A stretch of DNA of 64,000 bases from Schizochytrium sp. TIO01 (taxonomy: Eukaryota > Protista > Bigyra: Labyrinthulomycetes): contig SMSO01000032.1 in NCBI GenBank assembly GCA_004764695.1, positions 4,372,483 through 4,436,482 of the forward strand, given 5' to 3'. This document shows, piece after piece, positions 10,381 to 22,300 of this stretch. The notes beneath the pieces are model-generated. The model was not told where the DNA came from. It did no database searches and saw nothing but the letters and a program-made list of their open reading frames with translations. The number at the start of each line of letters is the position of its first letter. Positions within the stretch are counted from its first letter, which is position 1. The translations under genes and the position numbers were made by a program.

Positions 10381-11694
10381 CTAAATTACAAGCTTTCGCA
10401 CACGCTCACAAGTTTGCATTGCTGTCAAGCGTTCCGCTGGGTTCATTTCGAGTAAACCAGAAATCAACTCAAGGCAGCTGGTTGATAATTGAGGTGGTGT
10501 CTTGTTCATCAAAGCTGCTTTATTTGCAAAACTTCTCACCAAAGATGCTCTTTGATCTTGTTTACTAAGTACTGGGGCACTGGCCATGAGATCTCTCGCC
10601 TGGGAAGCCAAACGAGAAATTTGTGGGAAAGTTTGTTCACCTGGACGACCAATCACTCCCGTCACAAACTTCACTTGCTCCATCCAATCCTCCCCATAGA
10701 AAAATGGTTCTCCAACGATGAGCTCAGCGAATACACATCCAAGGCTCCAGATGTCTACTGGTGGGCCATAATCTCGCGACCCGAATAGCATCTCTGGTGC
10801 TCTGAAATGCAACGTAATACATTCTGCTGTATACGCCCTTCCATCAGGCTGACGCAGTTTACGGGCCATCCCAAAGTCACACAGCACTACACGGCGATCC
10901 TTGAAGTTATAGAGAATATTGGCTGGTTTAACATCGCGATGCATGTACCACCTGGTATGCAAGTAGTCAAGTGCAGACGCCACCTGAAAAATAATATGCG
11001 GAATGTCCTGCATATCCAAGCAGTTATCTTTGGAACGAATCAACTCTCGGAGATCAGTATCAAAGTGCTCTAGCACAAGAAAAGTCTCAAAAGGCCCTAA
11101 GCAAGTTTCTCCAGTTGCATCGAACTCATCTGCCATGTCATTTTCACAGTGTTCAATTATGACCTCTTTCAAATCGATAATATTCTGGTGCTTACAATCC
11201 ATCAATATCTGAATTTCGCGAATTGACATAAGCGAGAATCCTTCACGGATAAAACGAGGTCCCAGTGCAAGACGTTTCAGAGCGCATAGCTCGTTGGTGA
11301 TTTTGTTCCGAGCAGCAAAGACCTCGCCGTAGGTGCCCTGGCCAAGGTGAGAGATATGTTGCCAGAACTTATCTGACTGGCAAGGAGCTCGTGGAATTGG
11401 GACCGCTTCAGTAGTTGGACGACGTGCCCTTTTCCGACACCTTTGATCTGTGCTTGACGTTATTTCTTGCTTCGCTTGATCTTGTGAAGAGGATGTTGTT
11501 TTGCCTTTAATACCTTCCGGTGGAGGCGTTGCTTGACCAGTGGTGTGATCTAGTTGAACCTGAGCTCTACTAACTGGTGATGCTTGTAGCTGTACGGACT
11601 TCAGAGTGTCGCAATCGACTGCAGGCTCAGCTCCCTTACTTTGAGAGGGAGAAGATACGACAGAGACGTTAGACCCTGTACTGTCATGATGCAT
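10381..11694 (-). CDS. Cyclin-dependent kinase-like Ser/Thr kinase (CDK10/11, PITSLRE-like, divergent)
   Basis: GQGTYGEV, ALK, FSLMSIREI (PSTAIRE/PITSLRE position), HRDVKPAN, DFG, YTAECITLHFRAPE and DIWSLGC. First ATG at 11694; the ORF track starts at TTG 11715. Confidence 0.85.
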   Translation of the reverse strand: MHHDSTGSNVSVVSSPSQSKGAEPAVDCDTLKSVQLQASPVSRAQVQLDHTTGQATPPPEGIKGKTTSSSQDQAKQEITSSTDQRCRKRARRPTTEAVPIPRAPCQSDKFWQHISHLGQGTYGEVFAARNKITNELCALKRLALGPRFIREGFSLMSIREIQILMDCKHQNIIDLKEVIIEHCENDMADEFDATGETCLGPFETFLVLEHFDTDLRELIRSKDNCLDMQDIPHIIFQVASALDYLHTRWYMHRDVKPANILYNFKDRRVVLCDFGMARKLRQPDGRAYTAECITLHFRAPEMLFGSRDYGPPVDIWSLGCVFAELIVGEPFFYGEDWMEQVKFVTGVIGRPGEQTFPQISRLASQARDLMASAPVLSKQDQRASLVRSFANKAALMNKTPPQLSTSCLELISGLLEMNPAERLTAMQTCERVRKLVI

Positions 11695-12594
11695 CGCACG
11701 GGTTCTTGATGTCAATTTGGAGATTAATTGATGATCTGCCTAGCTAGAGTAGTGTGAGATATGGTATTAGTTAGTTACTTGTGCCTTAGAAGGCTACCTT
11801 AGTACCTAGCTAGGAGCTTAGAGATAGATAGCCTATGAATAGATTACTAAAACGAAAGTAGTAGAAGATACACCGCAGAGGAATGATCCCCCACTACCTA
11901 TATTTCAATATTTAAAAAAATAAACTAACACCTTATGATACTTTGCGCTACGTGATCACGCTATTTAGGCGAAAACTCAGGTAAGTACTAAGAAAAGAGA
12001 CGGAACTCGTTTCGATTTCTTATTCTTTGTTTCGATTGCAATTTATTGGAGCACCAATGCAAAACCTGAACATGCATATCCTGATAGAAGCTTCTCGATA
12101 TCTGCATTGCTTAATTTGACCATGCAATTTCCAACTAACACACATTTACTGTCATATAATCTATCACAAAGGTTACTCTAAATTTCATGTTTTGTTCGTG
12201 AGATATGCAACACGAGCACGTGTTTTCATATTGATATACGTATTTTACTAGCAAGCTATACTTCTGGATCTTGGGAAAGTGCGTTGATTACCATACAAGA
12301 AGAATATAAATCCAAGTAGACTACTCTTCTTGAATTCTTTTGTGTGGGAAAGTCAGAAGTATTTGCTTTTGAAGAAAGCAATATATCGGATATCGATACT
12401 TTAGAAAGCAACGGTATAGAACAAGAAGTGTCTTAGTTTTAGGCAGACAAGCTATCAATGTTGGTGAAAAGGATGGTATACCAATTCATTTATCAGTACT
12501 GTACTTCCTTTAATTGCAAATTTCGAAATGATATTGGAAACTTAGTAGCCAGGCTATTCCTAGCCTCAAACTAGAAAACTTATACATTGCAGCA

Positions 12595-13248
12595 TTAAGC
12601 AGTAAGAAAGGAAGTTCCAACACGCAGAAAAAGAGCGTTACCCTCTATATATACATTAGACGTATTAGTCGAACCTGATAAGTTGTAGACCTTAAAAATA
12701 AGATGCACCTTTCTCCCTTCGGTGCGATCGTGCCAGCATTCAATCCCAACACAACTTCCTAGAGGAATTTTTTCACGATAGTTGATGGTGAGATTTGCAG
12801 TAAGACATGGCACCAGTGAGGCGTGTTGCGCTAATGTTCCAAGACATCCATCAATTACAGCAGCAGAACATCCTCCATGTACGCATTGTGGCGGGCCTTC
12901 CACATCTGGACCAAATTTTATAAGCCCTTTTAACCGTTTCATGCTTTTATCCAAAAAGAGAGTCTTACTAATTCTTCGCTCTGCAGTCGAAGAATGTACC
13001 TCCAGAAAGTTTCGTGAGCTTGCCCTCAAACGATATCTCCAGAGTTCGGGATCATTTTCAAACTCCTCGAGCTTTATTCTTCCATCAGGATCGTCCTCCA
13101 AAGCTCTATACCATAGTCTACGCTCCGGGCCAAACCACAACGGTGCATAACCAGTGAGATATAAAAGAGACCACATAAACGCTGCCCCCGCTAGTGCTCC
13201 ACGTGCATATGTCACTTGGGCTCGTGTGACTAAACCGCTTAAGCTCAT
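12595..13248 (-). CDS. Hotdog-fold acyl-CoA thioesterase (THEM4/PaaI-like) with N-terminal hydrophobic anchor
   Basis: EGPPQCVHGGCSAAVIDGCLG, TANLTINYR and EGRKV motifs; hydrophobic ALAGAAFMWSLLYL near the N-terminus. Start codon uncertain; an upstream exon is possible. Confidence 0.82.
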   Translation of the reverse strand: MSLSGLVTRAQVTYARGALAGAAFMWSLLYLTGYAPLWFGPERRLWYRALEDDPDGRIKLEEFENDPELWRYRLRASSRNFLEVHSSTAERRISKTLFLDKSMKRLKGLIKFGPDVEGPPQCVHGGCSAAVIDGCLGTLAQHASLVPCLTANLTINYREKIPLGSCVGIECWHDRTEGRKVHLIFKVYNLSGSTNTSNVYIEGNALFLRVGTSFLTA

Positions 13249-13673
13249 AGTGCCTGGACTCCGCCTCAATAACTTAATGATTCAAACGAGTCCTATTATT
13301 TTGCTCTTAAAAACGATCTGCGTTTTACATGTATACCCGAGTGCCTGTTCGACAGTATTTAAGTTATGCTCATCCCTCCAGCTGTTGGTTAGCGCCTCAG
13401 CCAAGTTCAAGTAGCTGTTCTACGTTTAGGAAATACCTCAACATGCCTCTTTCACAGTTCTTTGTAGGAATCGGCCTAGAGGAGAGCACGTCTGATGCCC
13501 TTAGCATACGCCACCATTCGCATGCAAAAGATTTAGGTGTGTACCTACAATAAATAAGTCGTCACTTCTGACCGAAGGGCTCAAAGGTAGGTACTGGGTA
13601 AGTGCTACGTAGCTAGCACAATGTGTACAAACTAGAAGAGATAAAAAACGAGGCTTAAATTGGAGGATAACAA

Positions 13674-14621
13674 TTAAGCTCCAGGTAAATCACATTGACG
13701 ATGTCCTTGTTCGCGAGCTTTCAGTCGCGCTTCGCGATTTTGCCGGACTTTCTGAGCCGTTCTTACTGCGGATCCTTTAAGATTTCGAGCTTTAAATGCA
13801 GGAAATTGTGTCATCGAATGATCTCCACGATTCTGAGGTGTTAGACAGGACAGTCTTAGGTCATAGTCCACGTTGAATGTGAATTGTGGTGATTCAATTT
13901 GTGCAAGTCGTGGCGGAGCTCGCACTTTGCGCTGTTCTGGAGGACGCGGCTTTATTCCCCAATGTTTTGTTGTAGAATATTCAGCTTTTCGAATAATCCT
14001 TGCAGGTCGTTGAGCTTTTCCTAGCATGTCAATTTTTTTGCCAAATGGACCATGTTTGTTCTTCGTCTTAGTTGAATCTTCTATAAGCATCTGCGGAGCA
14101 ACATAAACAATGTCGCCTACACCGACAACCTCTGATAGAACCTGGTGCCTGCCAAAACCAACTAGGTTATCATCACGCTGCATCGCAATCGAAAACTTGT
14201 TTAAAGCATTGGGTTCCAATTCAAAGGCTTGCGTCGCTTCTCGGAGAACATCTTCAGTAGTAGTTACACCCTCTAGACAAGCTACTTGCAAAGTGGGAAA
14301 GGCTGCAGAAGCATCAAAGCTCATCTCTTGAGTTGCTGAAGCACTCTCCTCTGCTCGTCGATCTGAGAAACTGGCATTGTAAAACTTTACTGAAATGCAC
14401 ATTGAAGCTGTTATTCTTTGTGAAAGAACTGGATGATGGCCGTTCATAATTAGCTCCGCACGTTGGAGTTTGCGACGAGCACAAGAACAACTCTTTACTT
14501 CCCAGCAAGTAGTTCGCAAACATTTTGGAGTTGAAGGTCTGCACTTTGAGCTCATCACCAAGATACCAGAGTGTAGAATGGCTGTCTTTCCTAGTCCCTC
14601 AGGCACACATGCCATCACCAC
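13674..14621 (-). CDS. Hypothetical protein (possible ubiquitin-like/beta-grasp central domain, basic C-terminus)
   Basis: 315-aa ORF. The central segment (ISVKFY...LQVACLEGVTTTEDVLREATQAF...FSIAM...GDIVYV) has a beta-grasp-like pattern. The 5' end is uncertain; a possible acceptor TTGCACAG lies near 14663. Confidence 0.5.
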   Translation of the reverse strand: MVMACVPEGLGKTAILHSGILVMSSKCRPSTPKCLRTTCWEVKSCSCARRKLQRAELIMNGHHPVLSQRITASMCISVKFYNASFSDRRAEESASATQEMSFDASAAFPTLQVACLEGVTTTEDVLREATQAFELEPNALNKFSIAMQRDDNLVGFGRHQVLSEVVGVGDIVYVAPQMLIEDSTKTKNKHGPFGKKIDMLGKAQRPARIIRKAEYSTTKHWGIKPRPPEQRKVRAPPRLAQIESPQFTFNVDYDLRLSCLTPQNRGDHSMTQFPAFKARNLKGSAVRTAQKVRQNREARLKAREQGHRQCDLPGA

Positions 14622-15374
14622 GACCCACCAACTTTCGTTGTTGGCTGCATACGAGCTTCGAACTGTGCAAGTTTATATGCTGACCTCGGGGCAAAAACTC
14701 TGCTGTGTGTTGCTGGTATCATGCTACAGAGGAGGTAGCATATACTACTGTGAGTGCTCGCGTGCACACCATTGCAAAGAACGAAGACCCCTGCCGTAGC
14801 CAGAACAGAATCCTTTGAAATCGTTATCAATAAACAGCTATAGATAGAGCTACTAGTACTGTTACAAGGTGCGGCGAGACTAGTAAAGAAGTTAAGGATC
14901 AAACCTTTTTATGACAGTAAAACTGTATATATAGATGTACCTTGCAATGGATGCAGAATCTCTCTGTTCCCCTTGGATTCTGCTGTTTGATTCTTTCCTT
15001 TGGTCTTTTATCATCTGCCTAATTTTGCATTTCATGTTTTATTTCCTAGGCTCTAGTATGGTATTTACTAACTATTCTTTTCTTTTTTTCGCACCTACCG
15101 CACTAATACTCGTGTTATAGATAGCGTTAGTACTACTTTAGACTGTTGGGACTTCTTGACCGTTTGGTTTCGGAATGCCATACAAGCGCAATGAAAGAGT
15201 CGAAGAACTCCAGGTTAAGTTGGTTGTGACAGGCGTGGTGGATCATAAAACAATTTGAACGCAAGCACCTCACGAGCTTGTACATAGAATGTCCAGAGGT
15301 GATCTTAGAGATCCTTGCAGCATACATCGCACTGATTATCCTGTGCCGCCAAGAGCATCACGCTGTGAAATTAT

Positions 15375-15565
15375 CAAAGAAAGCCTTTTCCTTAGCCCGC
15401 TTTCACAGGGAGTTTTCATCATGGTAACGCAAAGATGTCTCTTGGAGTCCATTATAGAAGAAGAAAATAAACACTATCCATAGGTAACAAAGAAAGCTTT
15501 TTTCTAGCTCGCTATCAACGAGAGTTTTCATAGCAACGCAATGCTCTCTCTTAGGATCCTATATA
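15375..15565. repeat. Diverged ~80-bp direct duplication (15375-15456 vs 15488-15565)
   Basis: CAAAGAAAGCCTTTTCCTTAGCCCGCTTTCACAGGGAGTTTTCATC...AACGCAA...TCTCTT vs CAAAGAAAGCTTTTTTCTAGCTCGCTATCAACGAGAGTTTTCATAGCAACGCAA...TCTCTT. Confidence 0.75.
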
Positions 15566-16370
15566 TGTATTGCTGGTTATTGACTCCGCATAGAGCTGGC
15601 CTCCAGCTCGCTATCCCTTTGCAGTAAACCTGCTCAGTCACGTTCAATGCTTCATCGTAGACCCCTGAAGGCGTACTGATAGGGAACTACTATCAGGTTG
15701 TAGTACAGTAAGAGTTAGTAGTAGTAGTCTCTAATTCTGGTGGGCTCTCGTGAACGGTCAAAAAACAGAAGCGGAAGGGTGAGTACATGCTTTGCATATA
15801 CACTTGTATAGGCGAACTCTTCCGCTCAGGCTGGAGAGAGTAGAAGCCCAAACGAACAAGCACGCTAGCTGTCTGCAGTCAACTAGCAGGCAGGAAGGCG
15901 AGTTTTGCGAGCCTGCGAGCGGGAAACTGCGCTTGGGCTCGCGGTGTCTTGTCGCCCGGTGGGCGCCTGCTTCTAGGTCCGCTCAGAAGAAGTGACATCT
16001 CAGGCATACGCAAGCCTAGAAATAGGCTTAAACTGGAGACGATACACGCACAACGCTATTGAATTTTGCGTGAATAAGTTATACAGCACCAGCTGGCTGG
16101 GCAAGGGCTAAGCGAGGCAAAGCTTGAGAAACGCAACACCTTCGGCCAGCATAGGAGGTGTTGGAGAAAGAACATCTAGTAAAGACCACCGCTACGGAGA
16201 CATTCAGTTCTCTGGGCAAGAACAATTCATCTCTGTGCTGGACTAATTATCGTCTTTGCTCGCGCATTGCAACTACATTGGGCAAGATCTCAAGGGCCTT
16301 CTGTAGTCTTGCTGAAAAAAACGCGCAGAAATAGCGACTTAGAAGGTTTCTAGATTCATCTCCTGCAAAA

Positions 16371-19300
16371 ATGGACACGACAGGGCCTGCGGACGACTCC
16401 ATCAAAACGCCTGACCCTAATCATGAGATTGACAATCCTCAAACGCAGTCAGACACCGTCATAGAAGCGAAAATTGATACGGCAGACCCTGACTTTCTTG
16501 AAAGAGAGCGCTCCAAGAAAGACGATGATGCCGAAGAACTTTCAACAGGCTCCCAGAAACAAAACCGCTCCGGGTCAAATGAAGGCTTCCACCCACGCAG
16601 TCTACATGATGATATGGACGAAGACGATGGTGCCTTAGGCCTTGGCGGCGTCGATACACTTTTTGAAGGAGCACAGGAAATGCTTGAATGGGTCAAAGCA
16701 CGGCTTGACCTTGCTTCCCTCACCCGTCGTATGTGGACAGGTGCAGCAGATTCAGCTGTTCTTGAATTTCTTTCTAATCCAAGCATCTACCGATTAGTCA
16801 TCTTTGTTGGCCGAGATGGGGTGCACCTGCGCACAGGCGCAAATGTAATTCACGCAACACCAAGCGATTCATCAAACCGTGAAAGTGCGCAAACTGCAGT
16901 GGCACGTGATGCCACTAGTCTTCTTGAAGATATGGGCTCCTGCGGCGCTCGCGAATTTATGTATTTCGTTCGGCCTGAAGGGAAACCCCTCACCGTCCAA
17001 AATATTCGTCGTTTAGTTAAGTACGGCCGCGTGAGTGGTCAAGGACATGGTTTGAGCGCCATGAGTTCCCTTTTAAGAGCAATGAACACTGTTTTTGCGG
17101 GGCAATTCCGAGACAACGCCTCGTGGCCTGAAAGTGTTAGGAAAGACTTTGCGGGCCAACTTCACAAATTTGTCGCAACTCTCACCGAGACAACAAATCA
17201 GTCTAAAGGGAAAACCATTCTTTACATTCCACTAGAGACTGTCGATGATCCCGAAGCTACAGCACAAGATAAGGATCTTGTCCAACGACTTGAGTCTACA
17301 ATGATTCGCTGGACTCGTCAAATTAAAGAAGTTGTAAACAACCAAGATATGGCAGCGAACACAGAAACCTCAGGTCCACTCGAAGAAATTCAATTTTGGC
17401 GCTCCCGCACCCAAGATCTTAGTGGTATCAGTCAGCAACTTGAGAAACCAGGCATTCAGAAAATAGTTGCTGTTCTTGAGTGTGCCAAATCATCATATTT
17501 AGCCCCCTTTCAAAGCATTGCTGATATGATTCAGAGAGGTTCACAGGAGGCGACCGATAATTTACACTTTTTATCGCTGCTCTTCGATCCCTGCTTTTCT
17601 CTCTCACGGGCCAAACCATCAGAGATCCCTAAAATTCTACCAGAAATCCTGGCTTGCATTCGCATTATCTGCACAGCATCCAAGTTTTATAATACTGAAG
17701 AAAGGCTTACTGGGCTCTTGCGAAAGGTAAGCAATGAAATTATCCGTTGCTGTTGTGGCAAAATTCGACTCTCTGAGATATTCGACGGAGATGTTGAAGC
17801 CTCAATGATTCAACTTCACGAGTCCATCGCTAGCGGCGTGGCATGGAAACAGCTTTATAAACGCACCGCTGACGCTGTTGCCATGCACACAAAAGATGAG
17901 AGTAAACATTGGAAGTTTGATATCGCTAGTATATTTGCTCAAGTTGATGCATTTGTACAGCGCTGTCGTGATCTCCTGGAGGTTTGTGAAGGACAGATTC
18001 AGTTTGCACGAAGATCTAAAGATCTTCCTCGTGGAGTTCGTGCCCCTTTGCCTGTCTTTGGTGGTTCACGTGGTTCAGAAACTGCAAAACAACTTTTGGA
18101 AATTGAAGACCAGTTCGCCAAACACATTGACCATCTGCGTGGACTTGAATATGACGTTCTTGATGTTAAGGCGACTCGCTGGCACGAAGACTACAATCAC
18201 CTCAAGAATGGGATGAAGGACCTTGAAGTAATGATGCAAAATGTTATCAATAGTGCCTTCGAAAGTGTCACCACAGTCGTAGCTGGTGTGGACCTGTTAG
18301 AAGCCTTCTCCGAGCTAGCTAAGCGTGAAGCAATCAAACGTTGTGTTACAAAGAAAACGGCTGAAGTCTTTCAGCTGTTTGGACGTGAACTAGATCAAAT
18401 TCGTCTTGAGTTTGATCAATTTCGTGTTTCGCCCCCGTTACGTGCAGATGAGCCTAGATTCGCTGGTGCTGCGCTCTGGGCTCGTGGTCTTCAAGAGCGT
18501 GCAGAGAATGATTGGAGTCATTTGCAAACCGCTTCTCATTACTTAAACAAGACCCGTGAGGCAGAGGAGGTCAAAGCCACCTATGACACTTTAGTTCAAG
18601 TACTTGAAGACTTTTCCATGAAAATGTATCAGGACTGGATGACCCAAATGCACGGACTCGACCAGGCACATATGTTGCAGAAGCTTGAAATCCCCCTCAT
18701 GAGCCGCGTTGGAGGTGCCCACGGTGCTCGGAATGCGACAAACGGCGCCGGAAAGCCATCCAATCATCACCACGGCACTCACCAAACAGGAGGAGAAAGC
18801 TCTAGTGCCTCTCAATCAGGAGCTAGCGCTACTCACCATGCCAGCGGAGCAGGGTCCTCGAGTCCTCGATCCCCGACAAACGAACATCATGATGGAACTG
18901 AAGATGATGAAATCAACCGTGCTGGTGCAACTAGCGGTGAGTCTGCAGATGCTTCCATGGGAAGCGCTGTCCCTTCCGCGCTGTCCTCCTTCAAAGAAGG
19001 GTCAGGACTTTTGGTGTGTAACTTTGACAAATTTCTGCTTCGTCTTTTTGAGGAGGTTAGATACTGGGAGAAATTTAACGGTACGGTGCAAATTCCTTAT
19101 GTAGCTCATGACATCTCGAACCGCAAGGACGATCTCCGTGTCTCTCGAGAGTATGTCATGCTCGTTGTCCGGGACTACAACGCAGTAATCAGCGATCTTA
19201 ATGCAGAAGAGCGAAAACTATTCCAGGAACATATTCGACGACTTGATCGCAGAATTGCCCCGGGTTTGACAAAGTTAACATGGGCATCCAAAGGTACGAT

Positions 19301-22300
19301 TGAATGGTATGTAAGAGATTCTTGCAAAACTTGTGCAGAAACACACAAAATTGTTCGGGATTTTAAAGCACGCCAAGCTTCGTTGTATCGTCAGTGTAAG
19401 GCCGTTGGGACAAGCCTTCTCATTGACATTCAGAGAAACATGGTCTATGAGGGAGCCACATTTGTTGCTCGCCAAAACGATCATCGAGAAGTCGTCTGCA
19501 ATCGGTTCCAAGCGGCATACACAGCAATTACCTCAACTCTCGAAGACCTTCGTCAGAACTTTGAGGGCCATCCACCTGAAGTTCAACGTGAGTGGCAGAA
19601 ATTTGTGGGGAAAAACAGATAAGATGCTTGGAGATGCTCTTCGCCAAACTGTAAAACGTTCATTGCAGGAGCTGTCTAGAGCCATCAATGGTGATAATAA
19701 GACAGAACCTCAACAGCTATTTAAGATCAATGTCGTTCTTGATAGTAACAACAATGTTGGGTTCGTACCAACCATGATGGAACTCACCCAGAAAATCAAC
19801 ATTGTCTGCAAGGATCTCATTAGCGCAGTCAAGGTGGTTCCACGTCTCAAAGATATGTCAATCAATGCCCCGGAGAAGCAAACAGAATTAGAAGCCGAAC
19901 GTGCTCGTCATAGGCGTAGGTATTACGATGCAATTTCGAATGACGAGGATATTCTTAAGATTATGGTGCAGGTCATGAATGGAATGAGTTCTTGCGCAAC
20001 AGAACTTCAAAAATATCTCACCTACTGGGACAAATATAGACCATTATGGGATCTGGACAAAGACGCTTTCATTCGTCGTTATGCAAAGGCCAACCGGCCA
20101 TTGTCTCAATACGATGTGGATATCACACGCTACCGTGAACAGCAAAGCGATATTCAGGCAGAAGACATGACAAGCGCAATCAACTTTGTTAAAATTGATT
20201 GCAACCTTTTGAAATCATCTTTGGTTGACCACTGCATGCAATGGCAAAATAAACTTACTGGATTATTGAACCAAAATGCTCGCGCAGAGCTCGAAGAACT
20301 GCATGCAATGTTTGCAAAACACTCTGCTACGCTTCTCAGTAAGCCACTTAATCTTGACGAGTTAAGTGACAAGATTCATCTTAAGGACGAGCTCATGGCT
20401 GAACGTGCTGCAATCGAAGCACGGTTCGAACCTCTTGAGGCAAAATACCATACACTTGCCAAGTTTGACGTACATGTTTCTGACTCTGAAACCCAGAAAC
20501 TTGCAACATTACCGGATGTTTGGAATCATTTTACCACTGTTCTCGAGAATTCCGAGAATACCCTTCAGCGTGAGAAACAGAACATGAAAAAGGATTTGGA
20601 ATCAGCGCTGTCAAGCTTTACATCGCGCGTTGAGTCTTTTCGGGAAGAAGCTGCATCGCGTCTGCCATATAGCAGTGACTATGATTCCGAGAGTGCATTT
20701 GCTTTGCTCGAGGAGTGTCGAAACAAGTGTCTATCTGTTCGAGACAATGAAGAGCGACTTAAACCGGGATTGGGCATCTTCCAGATTGATCTTCCCGAAT
20801 CCTTGGAACTTGAATGGACTGAGTCAGAGCTATCCGTTCTTACTCAAATTTGGACATTGAGACATGAATGGACTGAGCAATGGAAAAATTGGAAGGATAA
20901 CAAATTTGACAACCTCGTTCTTGGCGACATGGAGCTTACGGCTGCTCAGTTTACCAAGTCAATTGGAAAGCTGGCTCGTGAAAAGGGATTTCAAGGTCAA
21001 GCTGGTGGCGCAAAAAAGTTTGGTGCCTTTCAGGCATTGAAAGAGCTCATTGATCAATTTCGTCAAACACTTCCTCTCATTCAAGATCTAAAGAACCCAG
21101 CTATTCGTTTACGCCACTGGAACCAGCTGAAGGTTGAGATCCAGAAAGAGTTTGACCCATTTGCGGAATCATTTACTCTATCTGCAGTGTTTGCTTTAGG
21201 TTTACACATGCATGGCGAGTTTATTTCAGAGATGAGTGCAAATGCGAACAAGGAACTTGCGATCGAGCAGTCACTCAATGATATTGAGCAGATTTGGATG
21301 TCAATCAATATTGAGATGGGTGAATATAAGGAAGTATACTGGAAGGTTAAATCAACGGAGGAAATGTTCACCCAGCTCGAAGACAACCAAGTCGCTTTGT
21401 CAACCATGAAGGCTAGCAAGTTTTTTGTTTCCTTTAAGGAAAAGATTGAACGCTGGGAGCACAATCTTTCATCTGTAAGTGAGGTTGTTGACCTTCTTCT
21501 ACAAGTTCAACGTCAATGGATGTACCTTGAATCAATTTTCATGGCCTCTGAGGATATTCAACGGCAACTTCCTCACGAGTCCAAGCTTTTCTCCCAGGTG
21601 AATGAGGACTACAAGACTGTTACCCAAGAGATTGTCGAGCGCCCTAATGCAGTGCAGGCATGTACCCGTGAAGGCGTGCTAGATATGCTTACTGGAATGG
21701 ATGCTAAATTGGAGAAAATCCAGAAAAGTCTGGATCAGTATCTGGAAACAAAGCGGCAGAGCTTTCCGCGCTTTTATTTCCTGTCTAACGATGATTTGCT
21801 TGAGATTTTGGGACAACAAAAGGACCCCACACAGGTCCAAAAGCATATTAAGAAGTGTTTCGTTGGTGTAAACGTTCTCACTCTTGTTCCTCCTGGTAAG
21901 CAAGGCAATAAAACCTATGAGGCACATGCGATGATTTCCAATGACGGAGAGAAGGTTGGCCTTGCCCGACCTGTCATTGTGGATGGTCCCGTGGAGATGT
22001 GGTTGAATGATGTAGAAGCTCGCATGTTCGACACGGTGGCTAAACAGTGTGGCCTGACTTTGCAAGCTCACCGTGGCAAAAAAGAAAAGTGGATTAAGGA
22101 CTGGCCTGGTCAGCTTCTCATTACTGTCGGTGCAATTGCTTGGACTTCTGAGTGCACCCGTGCACTTGAAAACATGATGAAGGGCAACAATAAGTCTGCA
22201 CTTAAACAGGCAAAGAAAAAGCAAGTTAGTTACTTAAATCGTCTTGCAGATATGGTTCGTGGCCAACTTACTAAAATCGAACGTAGCAAGCTAGTGGCGC

